From contig CAWCTH010000005.1 of assembly GCA_963798445.1 (NCBI GenBank), forward strand, positions 14,506-78,505: a DNA stretch of 64,000 nucleotides. The letters run 5' to 3'. This DNA is from an uncultured Acidimicrobiales bacterium. Its GTDB lineage: Bacteria > Actinomycetota > Acidimicrobiia > Acidimicrobiales > Ilumatobacteraceae. Of this stretch, positions 46,394 through 56,024 are shown one piece after another (the first letter of the stretch is position 1; each line of letters opens with the position of its first letter). Position numbers and translations under genes: made by a program. The notes under the pieces are model-generated. The model was not told the origin of the DNA. It saw only the letters and a program-made list of their open reading frames with translations, and searched no databases.

Positions 46394-48277
46394 TCAGCGC
46401 CCGGCGAGCGGCGGACACGACGCCAACCCGTCTGCGGAGCTTCCGTAGAGGTAGGCCGTGGTGGTGCGCAAACCGAACAAGCGGTGATGCTGGACGCGGT
46501 CGAGCAGCACGTAGCCCGGCGGCGCCGTGGATTCGCCCGAAACGATGGCGCAGCGGACGAAGTCGGGGAAGTACGCGTCGTAGGTGGCGGGCGGGTACAC
46601 GGTCAGCTCGTCCACGATGATGTCCGGACGAGCTACCCCGCGGTAGTGGTAGCCGACCCAGTCGAAGCCGGCATCCACGTTGGCCGGCGCGTAGCCCAGC
46701 TCCACCAGCCGGTCCCCGCCGTGCCAGCGCAGCTCCAGCAGGTCCTGGCTGTCGACGGCGGAGATGACCCCTAGCAGGGCGATGGGCACGAACACGATGG
46801 CGGTCAACGTCAACCGGCGGCGGTTCGGCGCCCGCTCGACGCGGTTGTCGAGGGCGAGGATCGTGAGGCCGATCACCACAGGGATCAAGTAACGATCGTA
46901 GATCGCGCGGTAAGCGAGATTGACCGCAAGAACGCCGAGGGTGCCGACGATGGTCCAGATGAGGGTGATGCGGGTGAGCGCGGTGGTCCTGGAGACCAGG
47001 TCAACAAGCTCGTGGCGGTCACGCCGGCGAGCCGCGGCCCACAGCCGCTGGAGGGCGTCGACGACACCCACCGTGGCGACGAACAGGGTGACGGCGGCCA
47101 GCACCTGCACCACGCCCCACGAAAAGTGGTCGAACAGGTGAGGGAAGGCGACGTCGGTGCCCTGGTATCCGCCGGCCTCCTGGAGCGAGTTGCCGACGAG
47201 GAGGGAGCCGTCTCGCCGGTCGAGCAGCATCCCGCCGGCGGTCACGGTGAGCGCGATCAACGCGAGACCGACGCGGCCGCGGCCCGACCGGCTCCAGCGG
47301 CGCATGACACCGATGGTGCGCCCGAACCAACCCGTCAGGATGCCGACCGGCGTGAGGAACACGGCGAGGGTGGTGGCCGCTTGGTAGAGGCGCGCCACCT
47401 GGCCGGTGATGGAGCCGCGGACGATGGCCATCGTGGGTCCCTCGAGCGGCGTCGTCAGCATGAGCACGGCCACCGCCAGCAGCACGGCAAGGCCGACGGC
47501 GACGATGACCCGGCGCTCGCGCGCTTTGGCGTTCGGGTGGGTGAACAGCGCCGCCAGCACGGCCAGCGGCGCAGCGATGGCGGCCTGTCGGATGGAGCCG
47601 CCCCACGTCCCGATCAGCGCGACCGCGACGAGGGTGGCGAGCGGCAGGCGGCCGTTGGTGGCCCACCGCTGCCAGGCCACGACGCCGAGCACCACGCACG
47701 CCAGCTGTGCCAGCAAGGCCGGCTGCTCGGTCATGTAGGTGGAGACGGTGGAGCCGAAGCCCAGCATGACCACGAGCGTCAACGGCGCGATCGGCCAGAG
47801 GGCACGGGCACGGCTGCGCCTGGCGAGGACGGCCGTGAGTACGAGCGAGCCGGCCGCCGCCAGGATGCTCAGCACCCGGAGGCCGGCCACCGAGCTGCCG
47901 GTGATCGGCGAGAGCAGCTTCGATGCCAGCAGCTGCCCGAGAAGACTGGTGTCGTTCCAACCGACGCCTTCGAGGTGGCCGTCGTCCAGGAAGCGCTGAG
48001 CGATGCGCAGGTAACCCCAATCGTCGCTGTAGGCGCGATGGATGGCACCACTGAGCACGGACCACAGGACGGCGCCGACGAAGAAGACGACGGTGGCGGC
48101 TACGGCGGCGATGCCCCAGGTGGCGTGCGCCGTCTCGTGGCGTGCGGGCCGGGTGGCGGTTGTCACCACGCCGGCATCGTCTTCGTCCGGGTCGAGCCGC
48201 GACGGGTCAGCTCGCTGCGCACGGGCGCCTGAACCTCCTCCGGTCGCCGCGGTCGGGAGCGTCGCGCGCGAGGTCAC
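46394..48277 (-). CDS. large polytopic membrane protein, putative GT-C-fold (ArnT/PMT_2-like) glycosyltransferase
   Basis: 627 aa. The first loop after TM1 carries 'YSDDWGYLRIAQRF' (an acidic DD motif, as in GT-C enzymes). It has about 11-13 TM helices and a ~150-aa C-terminal soluble domain. Confidence 0.5.
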   Translation of the reverse strand: MTSRATLPTAATGGGSGARAQRADPSRLDPDEDDAGVVTTATRPARHETAHATWGIAAVAATVVFFVGAVLWSVLSGAIHRAYSDDWGYLRIAQRFLDDGHLEGVGWNDTSLLGQLLASKLLSPITGSSVAGLRVLSILAAAGSLVLTAVLARRSRARALWPIAPLTLVVMLGFGSTVSTYMTEQPALLAQLACVVLGVVAWQRWATNGRLPLATLVAVALIGTWGGSIRQAAIAAPLAVLAALFTHPNAKARERRVIVAVGLAVLLAVAVLMLTTPLEGPTMAIVRGSITGQVARLYQAATTLAVFLTPVGILTGWFGRTIGVMRRWSRSGRGRVGLALIALTVTAGGMLLDRRDGSLLVGNSLQEAGGYQGTDVAFPHLFDHFSWGVVQVLAAVTLFVATVGVVDALQRLWAAARRRDRHELVDLVSRTTALTRITLIWTIVGTLGVLAVNLAYRAIYDRYLIPVVIGLTILALDNRVERAPNRRRLTLTAIVFVPIALLGVISAVDSQDLLELRWHGGDRLVELGYAPANVDAGFDWVGYHYRGVARPDIIVDELTVYPPATYDAYFPDFVRCAIVSGESTAPPGYVLLDRVQHHRLFGLRTTTAYLYGSSADGLASCPPLAGR

Positions 48278-48334
48278 GCGTGGGGCTCTCTCTGAGACAT
48301 GCTACCGACAGGAAACCGCACGGTACGGGCTCTG

Positions 48335-49474
48335 TCAGAGTCGCTGCCCGGGCCGACGTGTCGTCGACGGGCGGGACAGCAGGATGGAGATGGCCGCCGC
48401 CGAGCGCGGTGCCGAGGTGCCGTCGCCGTACGGCGAGGGCATCATGGCCAACCGAGCGTGCAGCCCGGGGACGTCAGCCAGCAGCTGATCGATCCACGCG
48501 GTGATGAGCGGGCCGGGCGGGACGAGCTGTGCGAACGTGCCGAGGATCTCGGGCCGCTCGGTGGAGTTGCGCACCACCAGCACCGGCCGCTTGATGATGC
48601 TGGCCTCTTCTTGCACACCACCCGAGTCCGACACCAACAGCGCGGACTCGGCGGACAGGGCGAGGAACTCGCGGTAGCCCATCGGCTCGGCCACACGAAG
48701 GGGCTTCAGCAGACCCTCGAGGCCGAACGAGGCGATCTTGGCGCGGGTGCGGGGATGGAGCGGCAGGACCACCGGCATGGGCACCGCACCGAGCTCGGTG
48801 AGGATGACCGCCAGTGTGTCGGGATCGTCGACGTTCTCGGGACGATGGAAGGTGGTGAGCACGAAGTTGGCCGCCTCGAGCTCGTGACGAGCCAGCACGG
48901 CCAGGCGCTCGTCGGGACCGGGCAGCAGGGACGCCACCGCGTCGACGACGGTGTTGCCGGTGAGGATCACCTTGTCGCCCCCGATGCCCTCCGCCGCCAG
49001 GTTGGCGCGGTTGGTCTCGGTCGGCGCGAGGCAGAGGTCGGCGAGGTGGTCGGCCACGACCCGGTTGTGCTCTTCGGGCATGGCTCGGTCGAAGCTGCGC
49101 AACCCGGCTTCAAGGTGCACCAGGGGGATGTTGGTGGCATTGGCGGCGAGGGCACCGGCGACGGTGGCGTTCGTGTCGCCGTGGACCACCACGACCGCCG
49201 GCGGGGCGGCGTGGAACGCGGCCTCGAGGCGGGACGTGGCGTCACCGATCTGCGTGCCGCGTGAGCGACCGCCGATCTCGAGCAGGAGATCGGGCCGGCC
49301 GATGCCCAGCTCGGCCAGGAACTGGCCCGACAGCTGCTCGTCGTAGTGCTGGCCGGTGTGGACCACGCGGGCCTGCTCACCGAACAACTTCACGAGCGGC
49401 GCGACCTTGATCAGCTCCGGTCGGGTGCCCAAAACGAAAGCGATACTCTTTGGGCCCAAGCCGACAGTCACCAT
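48335..49474 (-). CDS. wecB: UDP-N-acetylglucosamine 2-epimerase (non-hydrolysing)
   Basis: 'IAFVLGTRPELIKVAPL', 'HTGQHYD', 'VVVHGDTNAT', 'HLEAGLRSFDRAMPEEHNR'. Confidence 0.9.
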   Translation of the reverse strand: MVTVGLGPKSIAFVLGTRPELIKVAPLVKLFGEQARVVHTGQHYDEQLSGQFLAELGIGRPDLLLEIGGRSRGTQIGDATSRLEAAFHAAPPAVVVVHGDTNATVAGALAANATNIPLVHLEAGLRSFDRAMPEEHNRVVADHLADLCLAPTETNRANLAAEGIGGDKVILTGNTVVDAVASLLPGPDERLAVLARHELEAANFVLTTFHRPENVDDPDTLAVILTELGAVPMPVVLPLHPRTRAKIASFGLEGLLKPLRVAEPMGYREFLALSAESALLVSDSGGVQEEASIIKRPVLVVRNSTERPEILGTFAQLVPPGPLITAWIDQLLADVPGLHARLAMMPSPYGDGTSAPRSAAAISILLSRPSTTRRPGQRL

Positions 49475-49687
49475 GCCTCTTCTCTTGACGCTTTCGAACG
49501 AGCCGCCACGAGGCCAACGTACGGCAGGAGCTGGGCGCCCGGAATGGGCCAGACGGCCCGTAGACCCCCTGGTACGTGCTCGGTACCGTCCTGTTGCGGG
49601 CCGATCCCGTCGAGCTCGGCGAAACGGCTCCCCGATCGGCCCGTCTAAGCGCGTGAAACCCTTCCCGCCCCTTCGAGAGGAGATCCA

Positions 49688-50899
49688 GTGTCGGCCATTC
49701 GGCTGCCTTCTGACCAGGATGCCAGCGGTCGTTCATTCGGCCCCGAGGAGCTCGATGCTCTTCGCGAGGTGCTCGACAGCGGCACCCTCACCGCTACGAA
49801 GGGTGAGTTCACCAAGCGATTCGAAGCCGCCATCTCCGACCAGCTCGGCATCGAGCACGTCATCTCCTGCGCGTCCGGTAGCGCGGCGGTGCACGTCGCC
49901 ATTGCCGGTCTCGACCTGGAGCCCGGCGACGAGGTGATCACCACCTCCATCACCGACATGGGTGCACTCACCCCCATCCTCTATCAGGGCGCCATTCCGG
50001 TCTTCACCGACGTCGACCCCGACACCATGAACGTGACGGCGGCCACCATCGAGGCCAGCCTGTCGGACCGCACCCGGGCCATCATCGTCACCCATCTCTT
50101 CGGCAACCCCTGCCAGATGGACGAGATCCTCGCCCTGGCCGCCACCCGTGGGATTCCCGTGATCGAGGACGCCGCCCAGGCGTACCACGCCCAGAGCAAG
50201 GGCCGGCCGGTCGGCACCATGGGCGCCGTCGGGTGCTTCAGCTCCCAGCAGGGCAAGCACATCACCTCCGGCGAAGGAGGCTTCGTCGTGACCGGCGACG
50301 CCGCGCTGGCCCGCCGCATGCGGGTCTTCGTGAACAAGGCCTGGCCCTACGGCGAGGCCAACCCCGACCACGAGTTCCTGGCCCTCAACTACCGCATCAC
50401 CGAATTGCAGAGCGCGGTGCTGTTCGCGGCGCTGGCCAAGCTCGACGCCAACGTCAAGGTGCGCGTCGCCAACGCCCAGCGGCTGAGCGAGCAGCTCGAA
50501 GGCCAGCCCGGCCTCGGAGCGCCCGTCGTGGCCCCCGACGACCTCCACTCCTACTGGCGCTACTGCCTGCGGGTGGACCCGGCCGTCGTCGCGGGCGGAC
50601 CGTCGGCGCTGGCGCAAGCGCTGCGCTTCTACGACATCGCGGCGGCGCCGCGCTACATCCAGAAGCCGGCGTTCCACTGCAAGGTCATCGCCGACCAGGT
50701 GACGTTCGGGACCAGCCGCTGGCCGTTCACCCTGGCCCGCCCCGAGGCGGTCGACTACGCCGCCGAGAAGTTCCCGGGCACCTACGCCGGCCTCGAGCAG
50801 GCGCTGGTACTCCCGTGGAACGAGCGGATGACCGACGAGCACATCGACTTCCTGGGCACCAGCATCATCGAGGCGTTGGCGTCGCTGGAGGCCAAGTGA
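49688..50899 (+). CDS. DegT/DnrJ/EryC1/StrS-family PLP-dependent sugar aminotransferase
   Basis: GTG start after GAGAGGAG. 'SCASGSAAVHVA', 'IEDAAQA', 'FSSQQGKHITSGEGG' (PLP Lys). Confidence 0.9.
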   Translation: MSAIRLPSDQDASGRSFGPEELDALREVLDSGTLTATKGEFTKRFEAAISDQLGIEHVISCASGSAAVHVAIAGLDLEPGDEVITTSITDMGALTPILYQGAIPVFTDVDPDTMNVTAATIEASLSDRTRAIIVTHLFGNPCQMDEILALAATRGIPVIEDAAQAYHAQSKGRPVGTMGAVGCFSSQQGKHITSGEGGFVVTGDAALARRMRVFVNKAWPYGEANPDHEFLALNYRITELQSAVLFAALAKLDANVKVRVANAQRLSEQLEGQPGLGAPVVAPDDLHSYWRYCLRVDPAVVAGGPSALAQALRFYDIAAAPRYIQKPAFHCKVIADQVTFGTSRWPFTLARPEAVDYAAEKFPGTYAGLEQALVLPWNERMTDEHIDFLGTSIIEALASLEAK

Positions 50900-51927
50900 G
50901 CACGGCCGCCCCGACCAAGAAGGTCAAGATCGGCATCGTCGGCGCCGGCGGCATCGCCAAGGCGTACGCCGATCTGCTGCCCACCTCCGCCACGGCGACG
51001 TGTGTCGGGGTGGCCGACGTGAACGTCGAGGCGGCGGCGGCCATGGCCCGCGGCCTCGACTGCCCATCGTTCGCTTCGGCGCACGAGCTGGCCGCCGTGG
51101 ACGGTCTGGAAGCGGTCGTGCTGTGCACGCCGCCCGCCACCCACGTCGCGCTGGCCGAGCAGTTCGCCGACATCGGCGTGCACGTGCTGTCCGAGAAGCC
51201 CCTCGCCGTCAACCGGCACGCGGCCGCCGAGATGGCCTCCATTGCCGAGCGCCGCGGCATCTTGCTCACGATGGCCACCAAGTTCCGTTTCTGCAACGAC
51301 GTGAACCGGGCGGCTCTCATCCTGTCGTCGGGTCGCATCGGCGAGGCCCGCCTGGTCGAGAACGCGTTCACGTCGCGCGTCGACATGGGCGGGCGGTGGA
51401 ACTCCGATCCCGCCGTCTCCGGTGGCGGTGTCCTGGTTGACAACGGCACCCACTCGGTCGATCTGGTCCGCTACCTCCTCGGCCCCATCTCCGAGGTCTT
51501 GGCCGTCGAGACCAGCCGGCCGAACGGCTTCGTCGTCGATGACACGTGCCGTCTCCACCTCCGCACCGAAGCCGGCCACGATGCCCACGTCGACCTGTCG
51601 TGGAGCATCGACAAGTCGCTGAGCGACTTCCTGCGCATCTACGGCACGCTCGGCGAGATCCGGGTGGGTTGGCGCGAGTCGGCGTGGCGGCTGCACGGCG
51701 GCGACTGGGAAGTGATCGGTTCGGGCTATGCGAAGGTCCCGGCCATGGGTGGCGCCCTCGATGCCTTCTGTCTGGCCGTGCGGCGTGAGGCCCCCCTGGC
51801 GGTCAGCGTCGACGACGGCGTTGCGGCGGCGACGTGCATCGACGGCGCCTACGAGTCGTTGCGACGCGGTGGCTGGGTGAAGCTGGCCGAACTGGCGTTG
51901 GACGATCTGGAGGTCAGCGCTCGATGA
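50896..51927 (+). CDS. Gfo/Idh/MocA-family NAD-dependent sugar oxidoreductase (WbpB/GnnA-like)
   Basis: The GTG start overlaps the previous stop (GTGA). Rossmann motif 'VKIGIVGAGGIAKAY' and 'SEKPLA'. Confidence 0.85.
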   Translation: MSTAAPTKKVKIGIVGAGGIAKAYADLLPTSATATCVGVADVNVEAAAAMARGLDCPSFASAHELAAVDGLEAVVLCTPPATHVALAEQFADIGVHVLSEKPLAVNRHAAAEMASIAERRGILLTMATKFRFCNDVNRAALILSSGRIGEARLVENAFTSRVDMGGRWNSDPAVSGGGVLVDNGTHSVDLVRYLLGPISEVLAVETSRPNGFVVDDTCRLHLRTEAGHDAHVDLSWSIDKSLSDFLRIYGTLGEIRVGWRESAWRLHGGDWEVIGSGYAKVPAMGGALDAFCLAVRREAPLAVSVDDGVAAATCIDGAYESLRRGGWVKLAELALDDLEVSAR

Positions 51928-52550
51928 TCGCCGCCGGCGTGCGCATCCACGAGACAGCGATGATCGAGGGAGGCGTCGCCATCGGCGAAGGCACGTCGGT
52001 GTGGGACTCGGTGCACATTCGTGGCCCGGGCACGACGATCGGCGAGGACTGCATCATCGGGGAGAAGTCCTACGTTGCCTACGGTGTGGCCATCGGCGAC
52101 CGCGTCAAGATCAATGCCTTCGTGTACATCTGCACCGGTGTCACCATCGAAGACGGCGTCATGATCTCGGCCGGTACCACCTTCACCAACGACCGCTACC
52201 CCCGCGCCACCACCAACGACCTGTCCAAGCTTCGTCCATCCGATCCGGACGAGCACACGCTGCCCACCATCGTGCGGGCCGGCACCACCATCGGCGCCCG
52301 GGCCACCATCGGACCCGGTGTCGAGCTCGGACGCTTCTCCATGGTGGGCATGGCCGCCGCCGTCACGCGATCGGTCGACGCGTTCCATCTCGTCGTGGGC
52401 CAGCCCGCTCGCGTCGTCGCCGCGGTGTGCCGCTGCGGCGAGCCGTTCCTGCGCGCCGTCGACGGCCTTCTTCCCGACACCAACGACGTCGAGTGCACCC
52501 TGTGCGGGCTGCGGTACGGCGTCTCCGACAACATCGTCCAGGAGTTGTGA
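51924..52550 (+). CDS. left-handed beta-helix (hexapeptide) N-acetyltransferase (WbpD/WlbB-like) with a C-terminal Cys4 ribbon
   Basis: The start overlaps the previous stop (ATGA). Hexapeptide repeats 'IGEGTSVWDSVHIRGPGTTIGEDCIIGEKSYV...'. The C-terminus has 'CRCG...CTLCG'. Confidence 0.85.
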   Translation: MIAAGVRIHETAMIEGGVAIGEGTSVWDSVHIRGPGTTIGEDCIIGEKSYVAYGVAIGDRVKINAFVYICTGVTIEDGVMISAGTTFTNDRYPRATTNDLSKLRPSDPDEHTLPTIVRAGTTIGARATIGPGVELGRFSMVGMAAAVTRSVDAFHLVVGQPARVVAAVCRCGEPFLRAVDGLLPDTNDVECTLCGLRYGVSDNIVQEL

Positions 52551-53866
52551 TGGCGCGCTGGGGGGTGATCGGGGGCGGTGTGCTGGGGCTGATGCTGGCC
52601 CACCGCCTGTCGCAGGAGGGCCACGACGTCACGCTGATCGAGGGCACACCCGAGCTCGGCGGCCTCGCCTCCGCATGGCAGATCACCATCCCCGGCGACG
52701 GCGAACGCCCGGACGAGACCATCACCTGGGACCGCCACTACCACGTCACCCTGCTGTCGGATCAGCGCACCCAGGAGATGGTCCGGGTGGCGGGTCTGGC
52801 CGACCAGCTCCAGTGGGTCGAGACCAAGACCGGCTACTACGGCACCGACAGCACGTTGCGATCGGTCTCGAACACGCTCGAGTTCCTGCAGTTGCCTGGC
52901 CTCAACCCGATCGACAAGCTGCGCCTGGGCGGCACCATCGTGTACGGCTCGAAGGTCCGCGACGGCAAGCGCATGGAACGGATCCCGGTCGACGCGTGGC
53001 TGCGGCGCTGGTCGGGCCCGCGCACGTTCGAGCGCTTCTGGAAGCCCTTGCTGCGGGCCAAGCTGGGCGACGCCTACCAGGCCGCCTCGGCGGCGTTCAT
53101 CTGGGCCACGATCCAGCGGCTCTACGCCGCTCGCCGCAGCGGCCTCAAGAAGGAGATGTTCGGCTACGTCACCGGCGGCTACGCCCGGGTGTTCGAGCGT
53201 CTCGGCGCCGCGTTGACCGCCGAAGGCGTGAAGCTCATGCTCGGCGCGCCCGTTCGGCGCATCCGCCGCGACGGCGCCTTCCTCGCGGTCGACACCGACA
53301 TCGGCACCGAGCGCTTCGACAGTGTCGTCATGACCACGAACTCCCACCTGGCCGCCGACCTCTGCCCCGAGCTGAGAGCGGAGGAGGCGGAGCGGATGCG
53401 GTCCGTGCGCTACATGGGGATCGTGTGCGCGTCGCTGGTGCTCCGGCGGCGTCTGGCGCCGTACTACCTCACCTACATCACCGACCCCGATACGCCCTTC
53501 ACCGCCGTGGTGGAGATGACCTCGTTCGTCGATCCGGCCGAAGTGGGTGGTCACCATCTCGTCTACCTGCCGAAGTACGTCGCCCCCGACGACCCGCTGT
53601 TCGAGGCCGGCGACGACGTCATCAGGGCCAGCTTCCTGCCCTACCTCCAGCGGATGTACCCGTCGTTGCGCGACGACGACGTTCTCGCGTTCCGGGTCTC
53701 GCGGGTGCGGCGGGTGTTCGCCGTGCCGACATTGGGCTACTCGGGGCTGATGCCGTCGATGGCCACGTCGGTGCCCGGGTTGCACCTGGCCGGTTCGGCG
53801 CAGCTTCCCTTCGCCACCCTCAACGTGAACGATACGCTCGGATTGGTGGAGGAGTTCCTCCGATGA
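52550..53866 (+). CDS. NAD(P)/FAD-dependent oxidoreductase (amine-oxidase / phytoene-desaturase-like fold)
   Basis: The start overlaps the previous stop (TGATG). It has the dinucleotide motif 'WGVIGGGVLGLMLAHRLSQEGHDVTLIEG...GGLA'. 438 aa. Confidence 0.75.
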   Translation: MARWGVIGGGVLGLMLAHRLSQEGHDVTLIEGTPELGGLASAWQITIPGDGERPDETITWDRHYHVTLLSDQRTQEMVRVAGLADQLQWVETKTGYYGTDSTLRSVSNTLEFLQLPGLNPIDKLRLGGTIVYGSKVRDGKRMERIPVDAWLRRWSGPRTFERFWKPLLRAKLGDAYQAASAAFIWATIQRLYAARRSGLKKEMFGYVTGGYARVFERLGAALTAEGVKLMLGAPVRRIRRDGAFLAVDTDIGTERFDSVVMTTNSHLAADLCPELRAEEAERMRSVRYMGIVCASLVLRRRLAPYYLTYITDPDTPFTAVVEMTSFVDPAEVGGHHLVYLPKYVAPDDPLFEAGDDVIRASFLPYLQRMYPSLRDDDVLAFRVSRVRRVFAVPTLGYSGLMPSMATSVPGLHLAGSAQLPFATLNVNDTLGLVEEFLR

Positions 53867-54846
53867 AGCCTTGGGCCTCACTCTCCCTCGACCTGGACAA
53901 CCTCTGGGCGTACCAGATGACCCACGGTGACGAGGGCTGGGACGACTACGGCTCGTACCTGAGCACGCTGGTGCCGATCGTGCTGGACCAGCTGGCCGCC
54001 GAGCGCCTGCGGATCACGTTCTTCGTGGTGGGCCGAGACGCTGCTCTGGCCCGCAACGAGAAGCCGATCCGGGCGCTGGCCGAGGCCGGGCACGAGATCG
54101 GCAACCACTCCTTCCGTCATCAACCCTGGCTCCATCGCTACACCCCCGACGAGATCCACGACGAGTTGCGCCGCGCCGAGGACGCCATCGAAGCCGTCAC
54201 CGGCCGGCGCACCGTCGGGTTCCGCGGGCCGGGCTACAGCCTCTCGGCGGACGTGCTGCGGGTGCTCGTCGACCGCGGCTACCGGTACGACTGCTCCACG
54301 TTGCCCACGGTGATCGGCCCGCTGGCGCGCAAGTACTACTTCCGGTCGGCCAAGCTCTCGGCCGAGCAGCGAGCCGAGCGGGCGTACCTGTTCGGCGGCT
54401 TCCGCGAGGGCCTCCGGCCGGTGAAGCCCTACGAGTGGCAAGTCGGCCCCGACCGGCTGCTGGAGATCCCCGTCACCACCATGCCGTGGGTCCGCATCCC
54501 GGTGCACGTGAGCTACGTCCTGTACCTGGCCGGTCCGTCGCCGGCGCTGGCGCGGCAGTACTTCGCCAACGCCATGCGCCTCTGCCGGCTGGCCGGTGTC
54601 GAGCCGTCCATCCTGCTGCACCCGCTCGACTTCCTCGGCGCCGACGACGTCGATGCCCTCGGGTTCTTCCCGGGCATGGGCATGACCGGCGAGCGGAAGC
54701 GGGCCGTCGTGACGGACTGCCTGCGCGAGCTGAACCGGCAATTCCGCGTGGTGCCCATGAGCGAGCACGCCGAAGCCATCGTGGCGCGGGGAGACCTCGC
54801 CGTGAAGCCGTCGGCCGACGCCACGCCCGTCCTGGAGCGCACATGA
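53863..54846 (+). CDS. polysaccharide deacetylase family (CE4/NodB-like) protein
   Basis: The start overlaps the previous stop (ATGA). 'ITFFVVGRDA', 'GHEIGNHSFRH', 'GFRGPGYS'. No signal peptide is evident. Confidence 0.8.
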   Translation: MKPWASLSLDLDNLWAYQMTHGDEGWDDYGSYLSTLVPIVLDQLAAERLRITFFVVGRDAALARNEKPIRALAEAGHEIGNHSFRHQPWLHRYTPDEIHDELRRAEDAIEAVTGRRTVGFRGPGYSLSADVLRVLVDRGYRYDCSTLPTVIGPLARKYYFRSAKLSAEQRAERAYLFGGFREGLRPVKPYEWQVGPDRLLEIPVTTMPWVRIPVHVSYVLYLAGPSPALARQYFANAMRLCRLAGVEPSILLHPLDFLGADDVDALGFFPGMGMTGERKRAVVTDCLRELNRQFRVVPMSEHAEAIVARGDLAVKPSADATPVLERT

Positions 54847-56012
54847 TGGACGAGCTGGCCATCGATCCGCGCCCGCTGGTGTCGGTCGTCGTGCCGGCCT
54901 ACAACGAGGCGCTGAAGCTGATGGGGTCGCTCACCGCCATCTACAACTACCTCGGCACCCTCCACGACCGCTACCGGTTCGAGCTGCTCGTCGTCGACGA
55001 CGGCTCCACCGACGAGACCGGCGACATCGCCGACGCCTTCGCCAAGACGCACACCGGCGTCATCGTGCTGCATCACCGGGTCAACTTCCGGCTGGGACAG
55101 GCACTCCAGTACGCCATCGGGCGGTCGAAGGGCGCATACGTCGTCACGTTCGACTCCGACCTCAGCTACTCGGTCGACCACATCGGCCGCCTGCTCGACG
55201 CCCTTTCGGAGCAGCACGCCCGCGTTGCGGTCGCGTCGCCCTACATGAAGGGTGGCCGCACCAGTGCCATCCCGTGGCGCCGCGGCGCCATGAGCAAGGG
55301 CGCCAACAAGCTGCTGTCGAAGGTGACGCACTCTCGTATCGCCACCGTCACCGGCATGGTGCGGGCCTACGACGGGCCGTTCATCCGCAGCCTCGACCTC
55401 AAGGCGATGGGCCCGGAGATCAACACCGAGATCCTCTACAAGGCGCAGATCATGCGCGCCCGCGTGGTGGAGATCCCCGCCCACCTCGACTGGAGCGAGC
55501 AGACCGAGCGCATGCAGGCCCGCAAGGTGAGCCTGCGCGTCAGCAACACGTCGAAGCTGATCGTGTTCGCCAGCTTCCTGTTCCGCCCGCTCGTCTTCTT
55601 CGTCTTCCCCGGGCTGGTCCTGCTGGTCATCTCGGCGTGGACCCTTGGCGCCGTTGCCTTCGACGTCGTTCGCCAGTTCTTCGACTCGAACGGCAGCATC
55701 GACAACCGCCTCTACGACGCCTTCGCCATCACCTGGGAGCAGCGACCGCAGTCGTTCATCGTGGGCGGCTTCAGCTTCGTCGTGGCCGTGCAGCTCATCA
55801 GCCTCGGCTTGCTGGCGACGCAGACGAAGCGTTACTTCGAGGAGCTCTACCACCTCGGCACGTCGGTGCGGCGACGGGTCGATCGCATCGAGACCAGCCT
55901 CACGGTGGCCGGTGTGGAGCCGGTCGAGCGGGAGATGGTGGCCGCACCTGGCATGGACGAGCCGGTCACTCTCGAGGCCTCCGAGCCACCGACACCGGTC
56001 ACCTCGAGCTGA
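54843..56012 (+). CDS. GT2 glycosyltransferase with two C-terminal TM helices (polyprenyl-phosphate sugar synthase architecture: GtrB/ArnC/DPM1/PpgS-like)
   Basis: The start overlaps the previous stop (ATGA). 'VSVVVPAYNE', 'LLVVDDGSTDET', 'FDSDLS'. The TM helices are 'LIVFASFLFRPLVFFVFPGLVLLVI' and 'FIVGGFSFVVAVQLISLGLLA'. Confidence 0.85.
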   Translation: MMDELAIDPRPLVSVVVPAYNEALKLMGSLTAIYNYLGTLHDRYRFELLVVDDGSTDETGDIADAFAKTHTGVIVLHHRVNFRLGQALQYAIGRSKGAYVVTFDSDLSYSVDHIGRLLDALSEQHARVAVASPYMKGGRTSAIPWRRGAMSKGANKLLSKVTHSRIATVTGMVRAYDGPFIRSLDLKAMGPEINTEILYKAQIMRARVVEIPAHLDWSEQTERMQARKVSLRVSNTSKLIVFASFLFRPLVFFVFPGLVLLVISAWTLGAVAFDVVRQFFDSNGSIDNRLYDAFAITWEQRPQSFIVGGFSFVVAVQLISLGLLATQTKRYFEELYHLGTSVRRRVDRIETSLTVAGVEPVEREMVAAPGMDEPVTLEASEPPTPVTSS

Positions 56013-56024
56013 CGCGGAGGTCCG

